Below are positions 9,614-16,490 of a DNA stretch of 20,000 bases, in pieces. The stretch is from an uncultured virus (IMG/VR IMGVR_UViG_3300001544_000071). Its lineage: Duplodnaviria > Heunggongvirae > Uroviricota > Caudoviricetes. The first letter of the stretch is position 1, and every line of letters starts with the position of its first letter. The position numbers and the translations under genes were made by a program. Where the stretch lies: IMG/VR virus record IMGVR_UViG_3300001544_000071; one strand, given 5' to 3'. The notes under the pieces are model-generated. The model was not told the origin of the DNA, searched no databases, and was given only the letters and a program-made list of their open reading frames with translations.

Positions 9614-11460
9614 AAACCTACCCTCTTACTCCGGGCTTTTGATATACCCTGTTTCTTTGTGCCGGGGCCTTTGTGAGACACTTTCTCCATCGACTTCTGT
9701 TTCAAAGGGTCGTCATACGAATGGCCTTGCTTCTCTTTTGTCGAAGAAGCAGAAGAACTGTCCACTTCAAGACCGGCCATTTCCGCTTCGTGCGCTTCTT
9801 GCTCTCTTGCGTCAAGAATAGCCTGTCGTTCTTCAAGTTTAGCACGAAGTTCAGCGTCAATGTGTACAAGACCGCCGGATATTTGTTGCAGCATATCAGC
9901 ACTGTCAGGCATCGGCATACCGCCGGCAACCATATCAAAGAAACCTTTAGACGCTGCTGCAAGTACGGCTACCTTATCTTCAATATCGGTTATTTTCTGT
10001 TCGTCAAACGATATTTGTGTATACTCAATATGGTCAAGTACATGTTTATCCATGCCTAAAGCATTTATAACTTGTAGCATTGCGATAGGTTTAAGCTGTG
10101 CTTGTACCTCTGCGTACATAAGTCTGTTGGTTTCTTCCTGACGTGTCCACGGGTCTTTGCTGGATTTACCGCCGCCAATACCTTTTTTCTCGACAGTAAA
10201 TATAGCTTCTTCCAGCAACCCTGCTTTAGCCGCCAAGTCCTGTCTTACAAGCCTTGTTAATTCAGATACCTCACCAAAATCACGCTGTATGGCTTTAAGG
10301 TCGCCTATAACATCAAGGTTCACAGGATTAAGAGGTGATGCTTCGCGCACTCTTATTGTATCTTCTTCCCCCATTTGGTCGAGTATCATTGAGCCTTCCA
10401 TAGCCATTGGTCCGTCTACGTTGAATGTACGCGCCAACAATGACATTTGGTTTATCATTGTAGGGATAGACTGCATTACATTGTAGTAGTTAAAAACTGC
10501 TTCAATCCATCCGGGTATGTCCGATACTCCCCATCCCATATTAAGCAGCACTCCCCAATATCCGGGCTGCGGTGCGGTGACGACACGCGCAATGCGGGAG
10601 GAGTGAACGTCTGTGCCGAGGAAAGGTATGTAAAAATATCGCGGCTTGCGGAAGTCTTCGCTTGTCGGGTTCCAGTTTGGAAAATGTACTGTATTCCAGC
10701 GGTCAAGTGTTACCCATCTGTCAATACAATCTTTTTTAATTAACCCATACCGGGCTAATTGCTCCACAGGAAGCGTCATAGCGACAGGCGTATCGCCTTT
10801 GAAAAACGGAAAAAGGAGAGAACCGGAAAATACCAAGCTCTCCCGTAAGCTATCTGAAATAGCCTTGGCAAGTCCTGTGCGTATCATATCTCTTGCAATA
10901 GTTTCTAGCTGGTCAGCAGAATAAAATGGATTTTTTATATGTACGCCATTCAGTAACATTGATTTGGCTTTCTTGCCGATTATCACTTCCGGGATACCTT
11001 TTTGACTGTATACCGTAGCAGCCTCTCCCGGAGTTATGTAAAGGTTAGGTGAAACCCTACCTGCCTTTGCAGGGTCTTGTCCGGCCACACCTGTATTCCA
11101 CATGTTATTTGAAATACCGCCCATTCTGCCGCCCGGATTGCCGGTAGCAAAATCACGAAAGCCTATAGCATCGGCTACGCGATTTACAACAGATGTGCCT
11201 TCTTTCAACGATGTATTTATTATAAGCCCAAGGTCAGCAGAACGAGCTTTAACATCATCAAGGCTATCAACTACGCGATTGATTTGCTTAAATCTTATAC
11301 GGCACTCGTTTTCGATTATATCATTGATTTCTGTTTGTGTAGACATGGGAAGTCCCTTAAAGGAACGGTCATTGTTTATAACAACACTTCCGTCCCTTGT
11401 GCGAGAGGTAGTAGTTTTTGTGCGGTTAATCCGCGTCCAAACAGCACTCCACCATGACAT
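9610..11460 (-). CDS. Portal protein (DUF1073-like)
   Basis: 616 aa. Motifs 'YSQKGIPEVII', 'LDRW', 'VHSSRI' and 'GWGVSDI' are typical of DUF1073-type portals. Lies directly upstream of the DUF2213-like gene. Confidence 0.75.
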   Translation of the reverse strand: MSWWSAVWTRINRTKTTTSRTRDGSVVINNDRSFKGLPMSTQTEINDIIENECRIRFKQINRVVDSLDDVKARSADLGLIINTSLKEGTSVVNRVADAIGFRDFATGNPGGRMGGISNNMWNTGVAGQDPAKAGRVSPNLYITPGEAATVYSQKGIPEVIIGKKAKSMLLNGVHIKNPFYSADQLETIARDMIRTGLAKAISDSLRESLVFSGSLLFPFFKGDTPVAMTLPVEQLARYGLIKKDCIDRWVTLDRWNTVHFPNWNPTSEDFRKPRYFYIPFLGTDVHSSRIARVVTAPQPGYWGVLLNMGWGVSDIPGWIEAVFNYYNVMQSIPTMINQMSLLARTFNVDGPMAMEGSMILDQMGEEDTIRVREASPLNPVNLDVIGDLKAIQRDFGEVSELTRLVRQDLAAKAGLLEEAIFTVEKKGIGGGKSSKDPWTRQEETNRLMYAEVQAQLKPIAMLQVINALGMDKHVLDHIEYTQISFDEQKITDIEDKVAVLAAASKGFFDMVAGGMPMPDSADMLQQISGGLVHIDAELRAKLEERQAILDAREQEAHEAEMAGLEVDSSSASSTKEKQGHSYDDPLKQKSMEKVSHKGPGTKKQGISKARSKRVGL

Positions 11461-11463
11461 ATT

Positions 11464-12264
11464 TTACGCCTTCCTTAAAACAACACACTTTAATAATTTA
11501 TCCAAACTAAGTATGCCCATACCATGAACAAAATCATTTTTCGTTACAATCTGCGGCGCAGTATTCGGTATAGTAAACGACACAGGAATAGATATAGGTC
11601 CGTCAAGCCATACAATATTAAAAGGCTCTACTGCCCCACGGGATACCACTGACACAGGACCGGAACCAGTAGCATTAAATAACACAGAAAAGTTTGTATC
11701 ATAAGCACCAGCAAAATCAGCACTCCAAACAAACCTAGCATATGCGCCAAAGTTTACGGGTGTTTCTGTGCTGCCTTCACCATTACACTGTAAGTAATGT
11801 TCAACTTCCCATCCGGGACTCCATAGTTCATGCGCTGCGTTCCCTAAAATATCGCGCAAATCTTCCAAGGGAGGTACGTTCACCATATCCACACGCCATC
11901 CGGCCAAATCCGTACCGAGTGGTATATCAGCTAACAAGTACTCTATAATGTCAACATCTAAAAGAGCTTCTGCTAACTGCTCCCACGACATATTAAAACT
12001 TTTACTAACACCAAACGCGGGAGCAGAAGAAATGAACTGGCTGAACCACTTAATATCATCGGGAGTTGCGCTGCCCCCGTAGATACGCGCAGCAACATCT
12101 TCAAACACAATGCCGTGCGCCGGCACGCTGATAAGTTTAGTGATTTCTCTAAAAAACAATGTTAACTGATGTTCCGGTATTAAACCCCATGTGACCTTTG
12201 TATTTAAGTCCGCACTTTTCCCTGCCTCGCGCAAGAAGGTATTCATCCAGTCCAAATATTTCAT
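11464..12264 (-). CDS. Hypothetical protein
   Basis: 266-aa ORF tightly packed between the endolysin and portal. No motif recognised. Confidence 0.7.
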   Translation of the reverse strand: MKYLDWMNTFLREAGKSADLNTKVTWGLIPEHQLTLFFREITKLISVPAHGIVFEDVAARIYGGSATPDDIKWFSQFISSAPAFGVSKSFNMSWEQLAEALLDVDIIEYLLADIPLGTDLAGWRVDMVNVPPLEDLRDILGNAAHELWSPGWEVEHYLQCNGEGSTETPVNFGAYARFVWSADFAGAYDTNFSVLFNATGSGPVSVVSRGAVEPFNIVWLDGPISIPVSFTIPNTAPQIVTKNDFVHGMGILSLDKLLKCVVLRKA

Positions 12265-12265
12265 T

Positions 12266-12706
12266 CTACTGCCTTATCTTCAACCAGCCAAGAACACGTT
12301 CCATGCTCCACTGGCTTTCGTTTGCGCCGCCGGCTTGACCGCGCATAGCAGCTATACCGTTCTGGTCAAAAATAGTAATACCGCCTTGCCCATTGTCACT
12401 GGCAGTACAAATACCAACGTGTCCCCAACGGTTCGTTGCAGACGGCCCGAACACAACAGTATCCCCCGGTTCCGGCCTCGCAGGACTTCCCTGTTGATAC
12501 GGAATAGCTTCAAAGATACGCCGCGTAACCGGCCCGACATCAGTGTTGTATCTGGTAAACAGACCAGAAGCTCCGCCATCAGCACCCAATCTTTCAAGTG
12601 TGGGCATCCCTAAAAAGCCTTCTGTATACTCGCGAAACAGCGCAACGCACTGACCGTCACGGATTACTTTTCCGCGCCATTTGTTTACAAACTCTTGTAT
12701 TCTCAT
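12266..12706 (-). CDS. CHAP-domain endolysin (catalytic domain only)
   Basis: 'GQCVALFREY' (catalytic Cys), 'PEPGDTVVF', 'WGHVGI' (His) and 'IFDQN' are characteristic CHAP motifs. Adjacent to a holin-like gene. Confidence 0.85.
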   Translation of the reverse strand: MRIQEFVNKWRGKVIRDGQCVALFREYTEGFLGMPTLERLGADGGASGLFTRYNTDVGPVTRRIFEAIPYQQGSPARPEPGDTVVFGPSATNRWGHVGICTASDNGQGGITIFDQNGIAAMRGQAGGANESQWSMERVLGWLKIRQ

Positions 12707-12707
12707 A

Positions 12708-13076
12708 TTACCAATCTCCCCATTGCTGATTTTGCTGCTGGCCGCCGCGCATTTGCTGTTGCTGCTGCGCGTTACCGCCGCTCATAGCTCTATTTATAAG
12801 CATCGGTATACCTTGGATAATCGCCTCATACCCAAATTGCATAACCGCCAAGCCCAAAGCAAACAAGTTCCATCCCCAAGTAACTGTACTGTTGATGAAA
12901 GGCATTTGCATAAGCACATTAAATGCAAGACATATAAGTCCCACAATCGAATAGGTACGCCTGCGCTTACAGTTTACCCAATTTTTTAACCACTGTACAA
13001 TCCCTATCGTTGCAATAGCCACAACAAGCACATGTGTTACAAGCACGGTCGTATCATACGCCATGATATTTTCCAT
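12708..13076 (-). CDS. Putative holin
   Basis: 122 aa with about three hydrophobic segments and a Q-rich tail. Directly upstream of the endolysin, with AGGAGG SD. Confidence 0.6.
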   Translation of the reverse strand: MENIMAYDTTVLVTHVLVVAIATIGIVQWLKNWVNCKRRRTYSIVGLICLAFNVLMQMPFINSTVTWGWNLFALGLAVMQFGYEAIIQGIPMLINRAMSGGNAQQQQQMRGGQQQNQQWGDW

Positions 13077-13078
13077 GC

Positions 13079-13618
13079 TTACCTCCTGTCTTCTACCTCT
13101 GCCTCCGTTAAAGCCAAATCAATCTTAACACTCCGTAAAGTAGGCATTAAAGCTATTGCTACACGATACACTTCTGCATTGTTTACAGCAAAATCAACTA
13201 CGTCTTTCGACACATCCCCATTTTGTTTTTTAGCTATGTATCTAAGACCAGCAAATAATCGTTCTGCCGCTTGTATATTGTCATTATAAAATACTAATTT
13301 TAACTGGTCAATTGCTATTTCATTAACGGTTTCCGTTAATTTATCAATGCGGTCTGACATATTCTGCAATTTTTCCCAAATCTTTTCCAAAGTTTCCTCA
13401 TACTTTGCTTTTGTAGCTATATATTCTGTTTGGCATTTTGTATGCGGACAATGTAGTGACGGCACATCAATTAAACTATTTGTCTGTGTATCAAACTCCA
13501 GCGGACCAAGTTTTCTTAACCTGCGCGCCAACCGCGTATTCTTAAATGTAAAAACAATAATAATCGACAATATTACAAGATACAACAAATAAGCAGAAAG
13601 AAAGTCATATAATGTCAT
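13079..13618 (-). CDS. Membrane-anchored coiled-coil protein (possible lysis accessory)
   Basis: One N-terminal hydrophobic helix followed by a basic patch and heptad repeats. Lies in the lysis cluster. Confidence 0.55.
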   Translation of the reverse strand: MTLYDFLSAYLLYLVILSIIIVFTFKNTRLARRLRKLGPLEFDTQTNSLIDVPSLHCPHTKCQTEYIATKAKYEETLEKIWEKLQNMSDRIDKLTETVNEIAIDQLKLVFYNDNIQAAERLFAGLRYIAKKQNGDVSKDVVDFAVNNAEVYRVAIALMPTLRSVKIDLALTEAEVEDRR

Positions 13619-13621
13619 TCC

Positions 13622-14050
13622 CTACCTCATTGCTTCAAGCCACGATAATCGGTCAACATTGCCAAGCCTGTCCGCCCATGCTTCTGTCCAACGGCTGTAA
13701 TACCAACTTAATCGGTCAAATCTTGTTTTATGTCCGTGGAACCAACGGCTCCAAAGATTACAAAATATAGCAGAATAGATACCAATCACGATAAGATACA
13801 ACGGTCCAAAATACAAAGATTGTTTGGAATGACCATATTCGTGCCTAATTGTCGTATAATCCTGCCGCCTAAGCAGAATATAATCCCCCAAAGACACCCC
13901 GGAAAGAAACCTTGAAATACGGCCTTTCGGCAGGAACAAGAACCAAGTTATGTCATTTGTTTTATGTTTTGTTGCTTTTAGAGCGCGGATAAGGATAAGG
14001 GCTAAAATATGTTGCGGTAACTGCCAAATCCACAAAATTATACTGCGCAT
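13622..14050 (-). CDS. Small membrane protein with an HExxH (zincin-like) motif
   Basis: 'WIWQLPQHILAL', 'GVSLGDYI', 'IRHEYGHSKQ' and a distal 'TEAWAD'. Two hydrophobic segments. Confidence 0.7.
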   Translation of the reverse strand: MRSIILWIWQLPQHILALILIRALKATKHKTNDITWFLFLPKGRISRFLSGVSLGDYILLRRQDYTTIRHEYGHSKQSLYFGPLYLIVIGIYSAIFCNLWSRWFHGHKTRFDRLSWYYSRWTEAWADRLGNVDRLSWLEAMR

Positions 14051-14055
14051 GGTAA

Positions 14056-14085
14056 ATTATAGGGGTATGTATTATTTTTTGTCAA
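14056..14085 (-). promoter_or_regulatory. Consensus sigma70-type promoter for the lysis/morphogenesis operon
   Basis: TTGACA (14085-14080), 18 nt, TATAAT (14061-14056). The ATG at 14050 follows after only 5 nt. Confidence 0.75.
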
Positions 14086-14091
14086 GTGCTG

Positions 14092-14124
14092 AAAAAGAGC
14101 CGTTTCCTGCGGAAGAAACGGCTC
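14092..14124 (-). terminator. Intrinsic terminator
   Basis: Perfect 10-bp stem GAGCCGTTTC (14097-14106)/GAAACGGCTC (14115-14124) with an 8-nt loop, followed by TTTTT on the minus strand. Confidence 0.75.
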
Positions 14125-14186
14125 AAACGAAAAAGGAGGAAACACGAAACAGTCCACAAAACCAACGTACTTAAATTATAACAGAT

Positions 14187-14414
14187 TTAAGAAGGATTGT
14201 CAACAGGTACTTTATACTCCATTTTGTAATATCGAATTGTGTAGGCAATAGGTTTTATTGTCACATCACCGTCTTTTGTGGCAAGTTTGAACTCACCGTT
14301 AGGTAATTGCTCTATGCTTTTCAGACCGTGCATACCCACTTGGTCAACCATTACGGCATTATTCGGCCAGAAACTTTCGACCGAAATGATTTTTTGTTTG
14401 TTTGATTTCGCCAT
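14187..14414 (-). CDS. Small hypothetical protein (75 aa, MAKSNKQKII…) in its own transcription unit
   Basis: ATG at 14414 with AGGAGA at 14422-14427. The track's longer start at 14561 runs antisense into cassette A and is unlikely. Confidence 0.7.
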   Translation of the reverse strand: MAKSNKQKIISVESFWPNNAVMVDQVGMHGLKSIEQLPNGEFKLATKDGDVTIKPIAYTIRYYKMEYKVPVDNPS

Positions 14415-14435
14415 CTTTTTGTCTCCTATGGGATA

Positions 14436-14465
14436 ATTATAACAGAGAAGCAGAAGAAAACACAA
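14436..14465 (-). promoter_or_regulatory. Putative extended -10 promoter for the 75-aa gene
   Basis: TTGTGT, 18 nt, TATAAT (14441-14436) with TG-n immediately upstream of the -10. Confidence 0.55.
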
Positions 14466-14494
14466 GGGCGTTTCGAGTTGGTTTTGCATGATTG

Positions 14495-14534
14495 GCACAC
14501 CCAAAACGGGCATACGCATACAGGGGGGAGTCAT
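14495..14534 (+). repeat. Inverted repeat A, outer copy (40 bp, perfect; partner 15193-15232)
   Basis: GCACACCCAAAACGGGCATACGCATACAGGGGGGAGTCAT is the exact reverse complement of 15193-15232. Confidence 0.95.
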
Positions 14535-14876
14535 CATCATTTGATGGGGGGACACGGACATACTATACGTGTTCTTAGTACCGCTGCCGTAGAATGGGGT
14601 AGTGGCCTAGTTGCTATTATTGGTTCGGGAGCAGCAGCGCACTCTCATGGTATAGCAACGGCTATAACTCCTAATCTTGCTCGTTCTGTTTTTGCCACCG
14701 TATCCGGCAGTGTAGTCGTTGGAGGGACAGAGTTAGGCGGAGGGTCTACAAATACTTCTGCCGCGGATGCTACTGTAGGCAGTGCAACAGCAACAAACCA
14801 AAACACAGGTTCCGGCACAGCCCATAATAACCTTCAACCCTACATAACTTGTTTTATGTGGCGCAGGGTTAGCTAG
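14496..14876 (+). other. Silent alternative fibre-tip cassette A (126 aa, no own N-terminus or RBS)
   Basis: Begins at IR-A with HTQNGHTHTGGSH and ends GSGTAHNNLQPYITCFMWRRVS, paralogous to the C-terminus of 14869-15912. The middle is divergent. Confidence 0.85.
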
Positions 14877-15912
14877 TTCGTTTCCACATGTAGCAGGTAA
14901 TAAAGGGCTGTAAATTATTATGTGCATTTCCGCTGCCGTTAGCCTGTATAGCTGGCGTTACCGTAGTCAATGCTCCTACGTTCGCCGCTCCGACTGCTGC
15001 ATCAGATGAGCCGGTAGCCAATACAAAAGAGTTTGCGTTTGAAAAAGTAGGTCCTTGTCCGTTAAACAAAGATACAGACATCCTAATAAAACCAGTACTC
15101 GCACTTTGGTCAGGCCCAACCTGTACTCTGCGCCCTACACCCAACCCTTCCATAGCAATTACTGTATGGGAGTGTCCCCCACCGGTGTGTCCATGACTCC
15201 CCCCTGTATGCGTATGCCCGTTTTGGGTGTGCGTATGACTCGGCATCTGCGCTACGGTTAAGGTGTGTGTTGCTGCACCGCCGAGTTGTTCTACGTTCTG
15301 AAACTGTGCGTTACCTTCATCAACACCAACTGGCACACGCCCATTGCCCCATCTTGCCCATGTGGTACCAGTAAACAAAGTACCCGGATTGACAGGGTTG
15401 ACAGTCATATAAATAGACCCAACAGGATAAATAGTCGCAAAGTCCGCTCCCGGACCGCGTATATTACCGCCCACCTCAACTTCAAAAGGACTAAGCGAAG
15501 TAATTTCCACAAGCGCACCAATGGCTACGGCATTTACGTTACCAATCTGAATAGGAATACCGGCGGCCTGAATAATAATATCGCCAACTCTTGCTGTTGC
15601 AGGCGGAGCGGTCATACCGACTGTTGTACGGAATATCTTCGTACCGGGTAAACCGGAAAGCTCAATAACAAAAGTAACAACTACGTTTGTAACATTATTT
15701 ATACCCACAATTTGACCAATACGGCCTTGGGTTTTACTAAAAACAAGCTGCCCTTCTTGTGGATTATGCCCTGTTAAAGGCACAAGAACAACAGAAGAAT
15801 TGCCGGAAGTATTTATTTCACTAAGAGTATGCCAAAAACCGGGTAAACCAGCCGGACCGGGACCGCCGGGGTCGCCAAGAACCCGACCTAAATCTACTAC
15901 GTTTGCTGCCAT
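14869..15912 (-). CDS. Tail fibre/baseplate tip protein (T4 gp10 C-terminal/collar-like domain with HxH needle), currently carrying tip B
   Basis: AGGAGA SD at 15919-15924. Short G-x-x collagen-like start, then 'IYPVGSIYM…WARWGNGRVPVGVD…GGAATHTLTVAQMPSHTH', four HxH motifs and 'AHNNLQPFITCYMWKRT'. Confidence 0.85.
   Translation of the reverse strand: MAANVVDLGRVLGDPGGPGPAGLPGFWHTLSEINTSGNSSVVLVPLTGHNPQEGQLVFSKTQGRIGQIVGINNVTNVVVTFVIELSGLPGTKIFRTTVGMTAPPATARVGDIIIQAAGIPIQIGNVNAVAIGALVEITSLSPFEVEVGGNIRGPGADFATIYPVGSIYMTVNPVNPGTLFTGTTWARWGNGRVPVGVDEGNAQFQNVEQLGGAATHTLTVAQMPSHTHTQNGHTHTGGSHGHTGGGHSHTVIAMEGLGVGRRVQVGPDQSASTGFIRMSVSLFNGQGPTFSNANSFVLATGSSDAAVGAANVGALTTVTPAIQANGSGNAHNNLQPFITCYMWKRTS
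15193..15277 (-). repeat. Inner copies of IR-A (15193-15232) and IR-B (15228-15277), overlapping by 5 bp inside the fibre gene
   Basis: Direct base-by-base comparison with 14495-14534 and 15974-16023. Confidence 0.95.
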
Positions 15913-15973
15913 GTTATATCTCCTATAGTACCATTTTTGACGATAAAAGTTGTTTTGTCAAGTTGATTTATTT

Positions 15974-16023
15974 TGCAGCAACACACACCTTAACCGTAGC
16001 GCAGATGCCGAGTCATACGCACA
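15974..16023 (+). repeat. Inverted repeat B, outer copy (50 bp, perfect; partner 15228-15277)
   Basis: TGCAGCAACACACACCTTAACCGTAGCGCAGATGCCGAGTCATACGCACA is the exact reverse complement of 15228-15277. Confidence 0.95.
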
Positions 16024-16484
16024 ATGGACCTTCACATTCACACGGTATGCAATCCCACACACATACGGGGCCTAGTCATAGTCACAGTATGAGTACACAA
16101 CAAATAAGCACAAGTGGAGATTTTACAGTTTTGGGTGCAACAAGCGCAACTCTTTTTAGTAATACTGTTGCATTTTCTATAGCAAATACAAATATAACAT
16201 TTCATGCTGCCGGCACAACCATACCGGGAAATCGAACTATAATAGGTTCGGTGAGTTTTTCTGGCGGTGCTGGTAATGTTTGGCGGCCAATAACAGATGG
16301 TACTACATCTTTTTGGAACAGTGGAGCTAATACAGGCGCATCAGGCACACAAAACACAGGCGGCCCAAGCAATAACACAACTACAAGTGCAGGTAATACC
16401 GCTACTACAGCAGCAGGAAGCGGTACTGCTCATAATAATCTCCAACCCTACATAACATGTTTTATGTGGAGACGTACTGCTTAG
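15975..16484 (+). other. Silent alternative fibre-tip cassette C (169 aa, no own N-terminus or RBS)
   Basis: Begins at IR-B with AATHTLTVAQMPSHTH, has four HxH motifs, and ends GSGTAHNNLQPYITCFMWRRTA. The middle is divergent and longer. Confidence 0.85.
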
Positions 16485-16490
16485 GGCCGC

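Noticed and set aside
14415..14561. Extended 124-aa version of the small ORF ending at 14187
   Set aside because: The extension is antisense to cassette A and crosses a promoter-like element. The ATG at 14414 has a strong SD.
15903..15974. ORF-track N-termini of the plus-strand tip ORFs (MLPCYISY… at 15903, and MVLHDW at 14478) as real gene starts
   Set aside because: They have no SD, lie antisense to or beside regulatory regions of minus-strand genes, and similarity to the fibre begins exactly at the inverted repeats. They are better read as silent cassettes.
14478..16484. Diversity-generating retroelement (TR/VR) explanation for the repeats in the fibre gene
   Set aside because: The repeats are perfect and inverted with no adenine-specific mismatches, and no reverse transcriptase is present in the window.
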